Shown here one piece after another: positions 16,662 to 27,209 of a stretch of DNA of 55,071 bases. The notes below the pieces were generated by a model that worked only from the letters and a program-made list of their open reading frames with translations, had not been told where the DNA came from and ran no database searches. This stretch comes from an uncultured Bacilli bacterium (GTDB lineage Bacteria > Bacillota_I > Bacilli_A > RF39 > UBA660), in assembly GCA_944372455.1 (NCBI GenBank), contig CALVZF010000002.1, forward strand, positions 1 through 55,071, read 5' to 3'. Numbering within the stretch: position 1 is the first letter of the stretch; the number at the start of each line of letters is the position of its first letter. Made by a program: the position numbers and the translations under genes.

Positions 16662-16738
16662 TGGCGTCCTCAATTGGATTTGAACCAACGACCTATCGCT
16701 TAGGAGGCGATTGCTCTATCCTACTGAGCTATGAGGAC
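16662..16738 (-). tRNA. tRNA-Arg (anticodon CCU)
   Basis: The reverse complement GTCCTCATAGCTCAGTAGGATAGAGCAATCGCCTCCTAAGCGATAGGTCGTTGGTTCAAATCCAATTGAGGACGCCA folds as a cloverleaf. The anticodon loop is CT-CCT-AA. Confidence 0.9.
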
Positions 16739-16784
16739 AACATATTAATTATATCATAAAAATAAAAGGTTATCAAAAGATAAC

Positions 16785-17297
16785 CTATTTTTTTAAGTTT
16801 ATAAATAAGATCAACCAAATATTTAGAACCGTATTAATTTGATATCTAAATTTTTTACTAAACTCATAAACACTTACGAAAGTATCTACAAAGTTCACTA
16901 CCCAACCTTCTAAATATTTAGGAATTCTAAAATCAATTGGGAACATGTGAGTCTTAATGATATCTTGCTCTTTTAACGATAAATTAAACTCATTATTTGC
17001 ATTTTCTAAGGCATCTAGAGGATGACCAGTAGTATAAAGTTTAACTTTATCTTTAACTTTAGTAAAATCTTTAGTTCTATCAAAATAAAAATCATGTAGA
17101 AGTGCAGCTCTAGCTGTTTGTTTGTAATCAAGTTTTAACATTTTAGAAATTTTGTATGAATAATAAGAAACTCTAATACTGTGTGTCAATCGGTTTTCTC
17201 CGTGGTGTGGGATATTTTCAAGTTTAACAAAGTTACTATTATTCATTATATCGGAAACTATATATTTGTAATCAATATCTTTATTGAAATAGTCCAT
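16785..17297 (-). CDS. HD-domain phosphohydrolase
   Basis: HHGENRLTHSIRVSYYS...AALLHDFY HD motif. Paralogous to 22206..22832, sharing THMFP..IPKY..W.V...D. Confidence 0.7.
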   Translation of the reverse strand: MDYFNKDIDYKYIVSDIMNNSNFVKLENIPHHGENRLTHSIRVSYYSYKISKMLKLDYKQTARAALLHDFYFDRTKDFTKVKDKVKLYTTGHPLDALENANNEFNLSLKEQDIIKTHMFPIDFRIPKYLEGWVVNFVDTFVSVYEFSKKFRYQINTVLNIWLILFINLKK

Positions 17298-17408
17298 AAT
17301 TCACCTCTGTAACTACTATATTATATCACATTTTACGAAAAAAAGAAACTACATAAGCCAAAATGGTAAAAGGAGCTTGCTATTAAACAAACTCCCTTAA
17401 ATTTCAAA

Positions 17409-17485
17409 TGGTGATCCGTACGAGATTCGAACTCGTGAATGCATGCGTGAAAGGCATGTGTGTTCAGCCACTTCACCAACGGACC
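17409..17485 (-). tRNA. tRNA-Glu (anticodon UUC)
   Basis: Reverse complement GGTCCGTTGGTGAAGTGGCTGAACACACATGCCTTTCACGCATGC...TCGTACGGATCACCA. Anticodon stem CATGC/GCATG, loop CT-TTC-AC. Confidence 0.85.
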
Positions 17486-17508
17486 ATATCGGTTTGCCAA
17501 TAACAAAA

Positions 17509-17585
<77 letters not shown>

Positions 17586-17768
17586 ATTTTTGCTTGACGA
17601 CTACTTAATTTTACAATAATATTATGATAAAATCAAGTAAAAAATGACATTTTTATATTAAATTTTAAAATTGCTTTAAAATTTAATAACGCATACTTAT
17701 AATACAATATATTATAACTACATGTCAATAGAATAAAACAATTAAATATGTAATAAATAATTCAATAT

Positions 17769-20138
17769 TTAATTGTTTTTTATACTATTAACCTTTTTTT
17801 CATACTTTTTAATAAATTTATTAGTTAAACTAGTCATCAAACTAAACATATATATTGATATACCCATTAATATAACCATTAAAAATAACATGTATGGACT
17901 AAGCATTGTTAATGAGAATAAATTATTCAATCCTAAGATTCCTACTAAAAACAAAATAATCATAGAAATAAATAAAATTTTTCTAATTGTATTAAATGGA
18001 CTACATAAATTATATAGTAGTAAAAATCCAGTATAAGCAGTTAATATAACACAAAGTGTAGAAGTTTCTTTTGGATGGATTTTAAATACACTTGAAGCTA
18101 TCATAACAATTATAATATTTATTACAATTGTTAACGCTGTAGGAATTGCTCTACTTATAACATTTATTAAGAAATTACCTTTTACTAATTCCTTATTTGG
18201 CTCTAAGGCTAATATAAATGAAGGAATCCCAATAGTTACAATACTAGTTAAAGTTAGTTGTATTGGTTGAAATGGGTAACTCATATCAATAAATAAGAAT
18301 AACAAAGCAAGTAAAGTAGAATATAAAGTTTTAACTAAAAATAAAGTGGCAGATCTTTGAATATTATTGATAGTTCTTCTACCTTCTGCAACTATTTTAG
18401 GCATAGAATCAAAATTAGAATCTAAAAGTACTAATTCTGAGACATTTCTTGCAGCATCACTACCCTCTGCCATCGCAATACTACAATCTGCTTCTTTTAG
18501 TGCTAAACAATCATTTACTCCATCACCAGTCATTGCTACTGTATGTCCATTTTCTTTAAGAGCTAAAACAATTTGTTTTTTTTGAAAAGGAGATACTCTA
18601 CCAAAAATAGTATATGTTTCTACTGCATTTTTAACCTTTTCATAAGTATTTAATTCTCTAGCATCAATATAGTTTTCAGCTCCTATTAACCCTACCCTTT
18701 TAGCCACATTTGATACTGTAATAACATTATCTCCAGAAATAACTTTAATATTAACTCCTTGTTCTTTAAAATATTCTAAAGTTTTACTAGCTTCTTTTCT
18801 AACTTTATCTCTAATTAAAATTATCCCTAATGGTTTAATATCTTCTGGTAATTCAGTAGTTAATTTGGAAGGAGAAGATGCTAGTAAAACCACTCTATTT
18901 TCCTTAGAATACTGATTAATTTTATTTAGTAGTTTTTCATCTTTTAAAATCACTTCTGGAGCGCCTAAAATATAACTTTTGTCATTAAATGAAGCTCCAG
19001 ACCATTTTCTTTGAGAAGAAAAGTGTATTACTTTTTTAGCTTTCCAATTTAAATCAATATTAAATATTTTTTTGATAGCATTCATTGTAGCATTGTCATC
19101 ATCTAAAACATTAGTAAGTGCACATAGTGAATCATTAATTTCATTTTGATATTTTTTATCTATTGGAATTACATCAAAAACTTCCATTATTCCAGAAGTT
19201 ATCGTTCCTGTTTTATCTAAACAAAGCACATCAACACGAGCTAAAGTTTCAGAACAATATAATTCTTGAATTAAAACGTTATATTTAGCAAGTCTAATAA
19301 CACTTACTGCAAAAACGGTACTAGTAAGTAAAATAAGTCCTTCTGGAATCATTCCAATTAAAGCGGCAACTGTATTTATTACTGCATTTTGTAAAGTATT
19401 TCCTTCTATATGAAGTTGATTATTAAATAATAATATACTGATAGGTATTATAGCAATAGAGATATATTTAATAACTTGATTTAATGATTTTAAAATTACA
19501 GAATTAGTTTTTTTAATATATGAAGCTTCTTTAGAAATAGAAGAAGTATAATTATCCAACCCTATATGTTCTACTTTTGCTTTTACTTCTCCAGATACAA
19601 TAAAAGTTCCAGATAAAATCATGTCTCCTCTTTTTTTTACAACAGGTTCTGATTCCCCTGTTATAAAAGCTTCGTTTACTTCACATTCTCCACTTAATAC
19701 TTTAGAATCTACAACTACTTGATTACCAGATTTTAAAGCAATTACATCATCCAAAACAATTTCATTAATAGCAACTTCTTTTTGGATTCCATCTCTAATA
19801 ACTTTAACTTTTGTAGCTGCAATTAAAGAAAGTTTATCAATAGTTTTTTTTGCATGAATTTCTTGTAAAGTACTAATTACAATATTACTTAAGACTACTC
19901 CTAAAAATAATAGATTTTTATATGAATTAACTAAAATAATAGCAAGCGCTAATATTAAATTTAATAAGTTAAACAACGTAAACAAATTAGTTTGAATTAT
20001 TTGAGGAATAGTTTTAGTTTTAACAGAAGTATCAAAATTTACTAGATTATTTTCAATTCTATTTTTAACTTCACTAGAAGATAATCCATGAACTGAATCT
20101 GGATTATATCTAATAACTTTTTTATCAATTTTATCCAT
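17769..20138 (-). CDS. Cation-transporting P-type ATPase (P2/P3-like; Ca2+/Mg2+-type suspected)
   Basis: Motifs TGES, phosphorylation site CLDKTGTIT, hinge MTGDGVNDCLALKEAD, and about 10 TM segments. RBS AAGGAGG. Confidence 0.85.
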   Translation of the reverse strand: MDKIDKKVIRYNPDSVHGLSSSEVKNRIENNLVNFDTSVKTKTIPQIIQTNLFTLFNLLNLILALAIILVNSYKNLLFLGVVLSNIVISTLQEIHAKKTIDKLSLIAATKVKVIRDGIQKEVAINEIVLDDVIALKSGNQVVVDSKVLSGECEVNEAFITGESEPVVKKRGDMILSGTFIVSGEVKAKVEHIGLDNYTSSISKEASYIKKTNSVILKSLNQVIKYISIAIIPISILLFNNQLHIEGNTLQNAVINTVAALIGMIPEGLILLTSTVFAVSVIRLAKYNVLIQELYCSETLARVDVLCLDKTGTITSGIMEVFDVIPIDKKYQNEINDSLCALTNVLDDDNATMNAIKKIFNIDLNWKAKKVIHFSSQRKWSGASFNDKSYILGAPEVILKDEKLLNKINQYSKENRVVLLASSPSKLTTELPEDIKPLGIILIRDKVRKEASKTLEYFKEQGVNIKVISGDNVITVSNVAKRVGLIGAENYIDARELNTYEKVKNAVETYTIFGRVSPFQKKQIVLALKENGHTVAMTGDGVNDCLALKEADCSIAMAEGSDAARNVSELVLLDSNFDSMPKIVAEGRRTINNIQRSATLFLVKTLYSTLLALLFLFIDMSYPFQPIQLTLTSIVTIGIPSFILALEPNKELVKGNFLINVISRAIPTALTIVINIIIVMIASSVFKIHPKETSTLCVILTAYTGFLLLYNLCSPFNTIRKILFISMIILFLVGILGLNNLFSLTMLSPYMLFLMVILMGISIYMFSLMTSLTNKFIKKYEKKVNSIKNN

Positions 20139-20209
20139 GGATAACCTCCTTTACTCTAATAAATTATAACACTTTTTAGTTTTTTATTAAATAAAAATTA
20201 CAATTAATG

Positions 20210-21586
20210 TTAATTGTAATTCACTTCTTTTTCTTTTAATTCAGATTTGTCATAATATGAAGTATGTAATAATTCTTCTGATAAATCACTAAGTGGTTTA
20301 TTTAGAAAATCTTGATAAATTTTTTGTATATCTTTATTTTGATAACTACATTTAATTTCTGATGAATTATCATCTACATAAAGAGATTGCATTCTTTTTT
20401 GTATTACTTCTTTTTGATCACTAATTGGTGGTTTAATTTGTCCAGCTCCACCAATACAACCTCCAGTACAATTCATTACTTCAATAAAGCTATAATTTGA
20501 TTTATTAGCTTGTATTTCTTCTAAGAATGGTTTAACATTATCTAGGCCATGAATTACAGCTACTTTAAGGTCTTTATCACCTATCGTTATACTTGCTTCT
20601 TTAACATTATCCATTCCACGAACTTTTTCAAAGGTTAATAGTTTTTCTTTTGGATCAAGCCCAGTAAGAATATTATAACAAGTTCTTATAGCTGCTTCCA
20701 TTACTCCTCCACTAGCACCAAATAATACTCCAGCACCACTTCCTTTAGATAATAAAGAATCATATTTTCCATCTTCTAAATTGCTAAAATCAATTCCTTT
20801 TTCTTTTAACATAAGTGCAAATTCTGAAGTAGTTATTACATAATCCATATCTTTTAATGTAGAAATTTCATTATATTTACTACTATCATTCATTTCTTCG
20901 CGTACAATTTCTGCTTTTTTGGCAACACAAGGGGTAAGTGCTACATTAACTATTTTTTTAGGATCAATATTATTTAATTTACTAAAATAAGTTTTTATAA
21001 TTGCGCCTTGCATTCCAATAGGACTTTTGCAGGAAGAAAGATGTGGTAGAAGTTGTGGGTAATTAATTTCTAAATGTTTTACCCAAGCAGGACAACAACT
21101 AGTAAACATTGGTAGTGATTTATTATTTATAATTCTATCTACTAATTCGTTTGCTTCTTCCATTATAGTAAGGTCAGCTCCAAAGGTTGTGTCTAAAACA
21201 TAGTTAAATCCTAATGTTTTTAGGGCAGTAATCATCTTACCTTCTACAAAGCTTCCAGCTTCCATTCCAAATGCTTCACCAAGAGATACTCTTACTGAAG
21301 GAGAAGTAGATACTATTACAATTTTATCAGTATTATCTAACTCTTCTAAAACTTTTTTATAGCTATATTGTGGAGTAATTGCAGTCATTGGGCAGTTTAA
21401 AAGACAAGCTCCACAATTTATACATTCATTATTAATAGTTTGTCCACTTTTATATTTAATACCCGTTTTTAAAGAACAAATATTTTTACATATTCCACAA
21501 TCTATACACTTTTCTAAATCTCTTTTGATTGATGGATTATCCTTATTTATTGGTACTCTATTACCAATTACTTCATTATTTTGCAT
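20210..21586 (-). CDS. [FeFe]-hydrogenase, monomeric, with N-terminal 2x[4Fe-4S] ferredoxin domains
   Basis: Motifs CIDCGICKNIC and CINCGACLLNCP. H-cluster motifs TSCCPAW, TPCVAKK and EVMNCTGGCIGGAGQ. RBS AGGAGGG. Confidence 0.85.
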   Translation of the reverse strand: MQNNEVIGNRVPINKDNPSIKRDLEKCIDCGICKNICSLKTGIKYKSGQTINNECINCGACLLNCPMTAITPQYSYKKVLEELDNTDKIVIVSTSPSVRVSLGEAFGMEAGSFVEGKMITALKTLGFNYVLDTTFGADLTIMEEANELVDRIINNKSLPMFTSCCPAWVKHLEINYPQLLPHLSSCKSPIGMQGAIIKTYFSKLNNIDPKKIVNVALTPCVAKKAEIVREEMNDSSKYNEISTLKDMDYVITTSEFALMLKEKGIDFSNLEDGKYDSLLSKGSGAGVLFGASGGVMEAAIRTCYNILTGLDPKEKLLTFEKVRGMDNVKEASITIGDKDLKVAVIHGLDNVKPFLEEIQANKSNYSFIEVMNCTGGCIGGAGQIKPPISDQKEVIQKRMQSLYVDDNSSEIKCSYQNKDIQKIYQDFLNKPLSDLSEELLHTSYYDKSELKEKEVNYN

Positions 21587-21595
21587 AAATCCCTC

Positions 21596-22162
21596 CTATT
21601 TATATCTTGCAATTCTATATGCATTATCATTACTAGTAATTGTTTTATCTACTCCTAAACCTTTATAATCATAAGTAGGAGAAGTTTTCGTATCATTTTT
21701 ATCTGTAGCTTTACTCATATCACTAGCTTTATCAATTATTTTTTCTATTTCTTTTGAACTTAATTTATCATTGTTAGTCTTAATCAATACTTTTAAATAT
21801 TTTTCGTATTCTTTAGTTTTTTCAAGTTTTGAATCATAAGAAAGTGCTGTAATTCTTACAATACTATCTTCTTTCTTTTCTTTTTCTTCATCTACTAAAA
21901 CTGCGATATCAATATTATCTGTTAATTCTAACCAGAAAGTTTTATTAAAAGCTATAGTATTTCCTAATTCTAATTTTTCACTAATATTTTCTTTTTTTAA
22001 ATTATCGTTAAATTTATCAATAAAATCTTTAATTTTAATATCTTTAACTACTAAATTTTCATTTATATAGTTTTCTGTTATTTTTCTACTAAGAAAATAA
22101 CTTCCAAAACCTACTAATATTAATACAAGAACAAGTATTATTATTTTTACTATCTTTTTCAT
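21596..22162 (-). CDS. Hypothetical membrane-anchored or secreted protein
   Basis: N-terminal TM/signal KIVKIIILVLVLILVGFGSYF, then a Lys/Glu-rich soluble part. No recognisable motif. Confidence 0.45.
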   Translation of the reverse strand: MKKIVKIIILVLVLILVGFGSYFLSRKITENYINENLVVKDIKIKDFIDKFNDNLKKENISEKLELGNTIAFNKTFWLELTDNIDIAVLVDEEKEKKEDSIVRITALSYDSKLEKTKEYEKYLKVLIKTNNDKLSSKEIEKIIDKASDMSKATDKNDTKTSPTYDYKGLGVDKTITSNDNAYRIARYK

Positions 22163-22205
22163 AACTTCACCTACTATAAGTATAACATAAAATTTATAAG
22201 AAAAA

Positions 22206-22832
22206 CTAAAGCTTTTTTAATTTTCTTTTTACTAGGCCACAGTACTTTGGTAACTCTTGTATTTTAGGAAAATTATTAAAAGAGACAATTTTGTCTGCTA
22301 AAGTAACTATCCAACTTTCTTTATATTTAGGAATTTTATATTTAGTAAATAAAGATAAAGGAAACATATGTTTTACAATTGCATCTTCTATTCTTTTATT
22401 TATTATTTTATTAAAATATATATTAGAATTTATTAAAGCTACATTTGGATGGGTAAATCCATGTTTTTTAAAAAAAGATGGAGATTTATAACCTGGTAAA
22501 AAGGCTCTTCTATATTTTTCTTCAAGTAGTTCTAATTTTTCAGAATATTGCCATGCTTCAGTATAAAAATCGTGTAAAAGGCCTGCAATCGCACAATTTT
22601 TTACATCAGCCTTAAATTTTTTTGCTAATAAAAAAGCTTTAAATGAAACTAAAACAGAATGGTCAAATAAACTTTCTTCTTCGTGATGAATAAATAATTT
22701 TCTTTTTTGAAATTCTTCATTTTCTAATATTGGTTTTACAATTTCCAACCATTCACTAAGATTATTACTATATACTAAAAAATCATACTTTATTAAATCA
22801 CTTATTATATTTTCGTTATAATATTGCTTCAC
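22206..22832 (-). CDS. HD-domain phosphohydrolase (paralog of 16785..17297)
   Basis: Motifs HHEEESLFDHSVLVSF and AGLLHDFY. Confidence 0.7.
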   Translation of the reverse strand: MKQYYNENIISDLIKYDFLVYSNNLSEWLEIVKPILENEEFQKRKLFIHHEEESLFDHSVLVSFKAFLLAKKFKADVKNCAIAGLLHDFYTEAWQYSEKLELLEEKYRRAFLPGYKSPSFFKKHGFTHPNVALINSNIYFNKIINKRIEDAIVKHMFPLSLFTKYKIPKYKESWIVTLADKIVSFNNFPKIQELPKYCGLVKRKLKKL

Positions 22833-23220
22833 TTAAGTCATCCCTATCTATATTCCATAAACCTAATTTACCTTTTATAGGTATTTTAGTATCATATTTT
22901 TTGACATTTTCTAATTTCCAAGCATAAGTTTCTACATGATTACTTCTACCATAAACAACAGGATCTATCTTTTTAAGTTTATCATTAAACGCTTTATCAA
23001 CTAAAATACAATCCACTATTTCTGCTTCTCCAATAATCTCACCTTTACTGCAGTTAATATTATAATTTTCAAAACGTTTTAACATATCTTTTTCTAAACT
23101 CATACCTGCATGAATTAATATTTTTCCTCTATATTTAGTCTTCCAACTTCTAAATTCATATTTTTTGTATCCCTCAATTATAAGAGACGCCCAGGGTTCT
23201 TTAATTGTTAATACTTTCAT
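22816..23220 (-). CDS. ASCH-domain protein
   Basis: MKVLTIKEPWASLIIEGYKKYEFRSWKTKYRGKILIH is a classic ASCH N-terminus. ATG 23220 follows GGAGGG. Confidence 0.75.
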   Translation of the reverse strand: MKVLTIKEPWASLIIEGYKKYEFRSWKTKYRGKILIHAGMSLEKDMLKRFENYNINCSKGEIIGEAEIVDCILVDKAFNDKLKKIDPVVYGRSNHVETYAWKLENVKKYDTKIPIKGKLGLWNIDRDDLSEAIL

Positions 23221-23303
23221 ATTGCCCTCCAATATAATAATTATACCATGACTTTAAATATGTGAAAATAAAAAAATAGACTAATTATAAATTAATCTAT
23301 TAA

Positions 23304-23501
23304 TTACTTCTTAAATTTATGAATTAAAAAGGCTATTCCTAATAAAATAGTTAAAACAATTATAAAAAATATTATTAATCTAATTAAAACTACTTTTGTT
23401 GGAAAATCTCCAAAATGATACCAACTCATTTGTTCAAAAGTAAAAAAAGTTATAAGTAATGCAACAATAATTATTATTAAAATCGTTAAAAATTTCTTCA
23501 T
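23304..23501 (-). CDS. Small two-TM membrane protein
   Basis: 65 aa with two hydrophobic helices. Overlaps the stop of the upstream lipoprotein gene by 4 nt. Confidence 0.4.
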   Translation of the reverse strand: MKKFLTILIIIIVALLITFFTFEQMSWYHFGDFPTKVVLIRLIIFFIIVLTILLGIAFLIHKFKK

Positions 23502-23818
23502 ATTTTACCTCTTTCATTTTCAGTGGTTAAACTTTCTCCTTTAACAAATACAATGTATGGAGAATCAATTACAAGTTGTTTAAATTTTTCTTGTTCTTTT
23601 TGACTATTATTTAGTAATCCTACAACAACTCTTCTATTAGCTTCATCTACATAATTAAAGCTTAAATTGTTATATTTATGATGCAAAGAAAAGTATTCAT
23701 TTATCTTATTATTAACATCGTGTAATTCTTGTAAAGTAACTTTATTTTCTTTACTACAGGATGTAGTAAAAGTTATAGTAATTCCACATAATATTAGCGT
23801 TAATAAAAACTTTTTCAT
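23498..23818 (-). CDS. Small putative lipoprotein
   Basis: Signal peptide with a lipobox-like ITFTTSC followed by SKENK. Confidence 0.45.
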   Translation of the reverse strand: MKKFLLTLILCGITITFTTSCSKENKVTLQELHDVNNKINEYFSLHHKYNNLSFNYVDEANRRVVVGLLNNSQKEQEKFKQLVIDSPYIVFVKGESLTTENERGKI

Positions 23819-23917
23819 AAAATCTCCTCTAACACTTTATATAGCTAATTATATCACATATATATTATTTATAAAATAAAAACTCTTATAAAATTATAAG
23901 AGCTTTTAATTACTTTA

Positions 23918-23993
23918 TGGTGAGCTGTTAGGGACTTGAACCCTAGACCCACTGATTAAGAGTCAGTTGCTCTACCAACTGAGCTAACAGCCC
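23918..23993 (-). tRNA. tRNA-Lys (anticodon CUU)
   Basis: Reverse complement GGGCTGTTAGCTCAGTTGGTAGAGCAACTGACTCTTAATCAGTGGGTCTAGGGTTCAAGTCCCTAACAGCTCACCA. Anticodon loop CT-CTT-AA. Confidence 0.9.
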
Positions 23994-24085
23994 ATAAGTT
24001 ATTACGAGAATAATTGTAACACATTTTTTAAAGTTTGAATAGCATTTTTTATAAAAAAACTAGAATTACAATCTTATAATTCTAG

Positions 24086-24622
24086 TTATACACTCATTAA
24101 TTCATTTTCTTTTTCTTTTAAAAGTTTATCTACTTCTTTATTAAATTCATTAATTAAGTTTTGAATGTCATCTTGCATTCTTTTTTCTTCATCTTCTGCT
24201 AATTCTTCATTTTTGATATCTTTATTAGCGTCTTGTCTAATATTTCTAAGTGCAATTTTTGCTTCTTCAGCCATTGCTTTAACTTGTTTAACATAATTTC
24301 TTCTTGTTTCTTCAGTAAGTTCAGGAATAGTTATTATTATTATTTCCCCATTATTTGTAGGAGTAATACCTAAATTAGCTTCAAAAATAGCTTTTTCTAT
24401 ATCTTTAAGACAAGATTTATCAAAAGGTTTAATAGATAATTGTCTAGCTTCTGGAATAGAAATAGTAGCAAGTTGTAGTATCGGAGTATCTACTCCATAA
24501 TAAGAAACTTTAATATCGTTAACTAATGCAGGATTAGCTCTACCCGCTCTTACTGTAGTAAATCTATGTTTTAAATTTTCAATAGCTTTGTTCATTTTAG
24601 TTTTAGTTTCATCTAATATCAT
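24086..24622 (-). CDS. frr: Ribosome recycling factor
   Basis: FTTVRAGRANPALVNDIKVSYYG..TPILQLATISIPEARQL.IKPFD is a near-consensus RRF sequence. Confidence 0.92.
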   Translation of the reverse strand: MILDETKTKMNKAIENLKHRFTTVRAGRANPALVNDIKVSYYGVDTPILQLATISIPEARQLSIKPFDKSCLKDIEKAIFEANLGITPTNNGEIIIITIPELTEETRRNYVKQVKAMAEEAKIALRNIRQDANKDIKNEELAEDEEKRMQDDIQNLINEFNKEVDKLLKEKENELMSV

Positions 24623-24761
24623 TAAAAATCATCCTTTCTTATATATTGTACTATATTTTAGTTAATTTGCAAACAATAGATAAATATTATCTAAATTTAT
24701 GTAACTTTTTTGCTTGTAAATATATTAACACAAAAAGCTTTATATTTAAACTATTAAATCT

Positions 24762-24797
24762 AAAAAGACAAAAAATTAAATTATTTAACTTTTTGTC
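24762..24797 (-). terminator. Intrinsic terminator overlapping the GH31 stop codon
   Basis: On the reverse strand, GACAAAAAGTT pairs with AATTTTTTGTC (one mismatch), followed by TTTTT. Confidence 0.5.
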
Positions 24798-27190
24798 GTA
24801 GTTTCAACATATTCTAATAGTCTTAAAAATAATCTAATAAATAAATCATCTATTTTCTCTTTTTTTAATTTTCTAATAGCGATTCTTTTCTTTTTAATAG
24901 GTAATTCACTAAACATTATTTCACTAATTTTTTCTTTCATCAAAGTCTCAATTGGAATATCAGAAATAATAGAATCAATATCTTCATTAATTAGTCTAAC
25001 TGCATCTATTTCAATATTTTTTCCTTTACAATTAATAGTTAATTGTCCAATTGTAGGAACCTCTTTTACTTCTACAATAAAATCAGTATCATCTACATAA
25101 GTATTAGGAATAACCTCTTTATCATTTATATATACTATTACGTCATCAGCTTTTTTAACATTTCTAAATCTAATTTTATAATCTCTTTTTTCAGGAATAA
25201 TGCCTGTTTTTCCTTCAACTGGCCTAATAATAACTGTATAATTATTTTCTCTATAATTATAATCAATAGAAGTTACTAAATAGTATCCTTCTTTATAAAG
25301 AGTAGTAATACCATCATCTTCATATAAATAATATGTATTATTTTTACCAGGGAAAATTTGAATTTCTAAGCTATTAGGAACTCTAGTACTATTGACATTT
25401 TGATTAGATAATACTATAATTCCCCCTTCATTTACAAATACTGGATAATCTTCATCTTTATAAAAAGATATATAATCCCTATTACCAGGAAATTTCTTTC
25501 CAGTTTTAAAATCATACCATACTCCCTCAGGTAAATAAAATCTATGAATTACTCTATTCATAACTTCTTCTTTTTTAGTTACAATAGGCGCTATTAACAT
25601 TTCTTCACCAAAATAATATTGATTTCTAACCTTTTCATCATCATACATTTCAGGAACTTTATAATAAATTGGTGTTACTAAAGGTTTTCCAGTCTTATGG
25701 TATTTATAACTTTCAGAATATATATAAGGAATAAGTCTATGACGTAACTGTAAATAATCACGAGTAATTTCTAAAGTTTTATAATCCTGTTTCCATGGCT
25801 CTTTTTTATAATATTTACCTTCAATTGAAGAAAATCTAAGTATTGGTGAAAAAACTCCTAATTGAATATATCTTAAATATAATTCCTTATCTTCAATTCC
25901 TTTATAAAAGCCTCCAATATCATGACTCCAAAAAGATATTCCGGAATTCGCACTTGAGGAATTATAAAAAGGTAAATTTTTAAGTGTATTAAAACTAGAT
26001 ATAGTTCTTCCTGAATAATTAATTGGATATCTATGAGGAGCTATTTTGGCATTTCTAGTTAAAATTAATGGTCTTTTGTTCATTATCCTTTCCATATCCA
26101 TAGTATGATAATGATCAAGTAAAAATAAATTAATTAGATCATTTTTAGTAGGTTTATAATCTATCCAAAAAAAATCTACCCCATAACTTTCAATTACATG
26201 TATAAATAATTTTAAATAAACATCAATAAATCTTGGGGAATTAGGGTCAAAATTAATTATGTTTCCTTTTGGAACACCTAAATATTGACAAGCTTTATCA
26301 TAGTTATATTCACTTGGATAAATTCCAAAGGAAGGATCAATATTTACTCCTAATACAATATTATTAGAGTGGACAAAATCTACTAATTCTTTTGGATTTT
26401 CATATAGATCATGATCAAAGGTAAAACCAGTACCACTCTCATTTTTAATATGCCAAGTATTATCTAATAATAGAATAGAAATAGGTATTTCTTCTTTTTT
26501 AAACTTATCTATTAAATCTACAATATCAGCTTTATTATAGTTAGCCATTTTACTCCACCAATTACCAAACGCATAACGAGGAATCATTGGAGGAAGTGAA
26601 GTTAATGTAAAATAATCTTTTAGGCAAAGTCCAAAATCTTTTCTATAGGCAAATAAATATATATCTGTAGATTTGCTTTTTTTAGGAACTAAAACTCCTT
26701 TTTCATCAAAAATCAAACTATCAGAATCATCAATAGAAGCAAAACCATCAGCTGAATAAAGTCCGTTATCAAGTTTTAAATCTCCTGTAAAATCATCTAG
26801 TGAAACATTACTTCCACCATAATTTCTTACTTCAGGATGGCCATAATACCAAACTCTATCTGCATTTTCTAAAGTAACCCTAAGGTATGCTCCTGGAAAA
26901 GTTTTAGGACCTATAAAACCTCTTTCCTTTTGATATTCCACCTTAAAATATGGAGTAGTTATTTCTAAATATTTATCATCTTGCTTAACACTAAATTCAC
27001 ATTTAGGAAAATCTCTATACCAGGCAAAAGAAGTAATTTCATCAACAAATTCTCCAGTTTCGCTATATTCAAATCTAATTAATCTTTCAGTTAGAATAGT
27101 AAATCTATACTTATTCCCTTTTATAATATTTGCATCATTTGCTTTGCCATGTGACATGTCAAAAACAAACTGCTTACCTAAATCATACAT
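24785..27190 (-). CDS. Glycoside hydrolase family 31 (alpha-glucosidase/alpha-xylosidase-like)
   Basis: About 800 aa. Motifs: PRYAFGNWWS, GVDFFWIDY (nucleophile region), HDIGGF (acid/base region), FSPILRFSS. No signal peptide. Confidence 0.8.
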   Translation of the reverse strand: MYDLGKQFVFDMSHGKANDANIIKGNKYRFTILTERLIRFEYSETGEFVDEITSFAWYRDFPKCEFSVKQDDKYLEITTPYFKVEYQKERGFIGPKTFPGAYLRVTLENADRVWYYGHPEVRNYGGSNVSLDDFTGDLKLDNGLYSADGFASIDDSDSLIFDEKGVLVPKKSKSTDIYLFAYRKDFGLCLKDYFTLTSLPPMIPRYAFGNWWSKMANYNKADIVDLIDKFKKEEIPISILLLDNTWHIKNESGTGFTFDHDLYENPKELVDFVHSNNIVLGVNIDPSFGIYPSEYNYDKACQYLGVPKGNIINFDPNSPRFIDVYLKLFIHVIESYGVDFFWIDYKPTKNDLINLFLLDHYHTMDMERIMNKRPLILTRNAKIAPHRYPINYSGRTISSFNTLKNLPFYNSSSANSGISFWSHDIGGFYKGIEDKELYLRYIQLGVFSPILRFSSIEGKYYKKEPWKQDYKTLEITRDYLQLRHRLIPYIYSESYKYHKTGKPLVTPIYYKVPEMYDDEKVRNQYYFGEEMLIAPIVTKKEEVMNRVIHRFYLPEGVWYDFKTGKKFPGNRDYISFYKDEDYPVFVNEGGIIVLSNQNVNSTRVPNSLEIQIFPGKNNTYYLYEDDGITTLYKEGYYLVTSIDYNYRENNYTVIIRPVEGKTGIIPEKRDYKIRFRNVKKADDVIVYINDKEVIPNTYVDDTDFIVEVKEVPTIGQLTINCKGKNIEIDAVRLINEDIDSIISDIPIETLMKEKISEIMFSELPIKKKRIAIRKLKKEKIDDLFIRLFLRLLEYVETTTKS

Positions 27191-27209
27191 AGCAAATCAC
27201 CCTTTATTC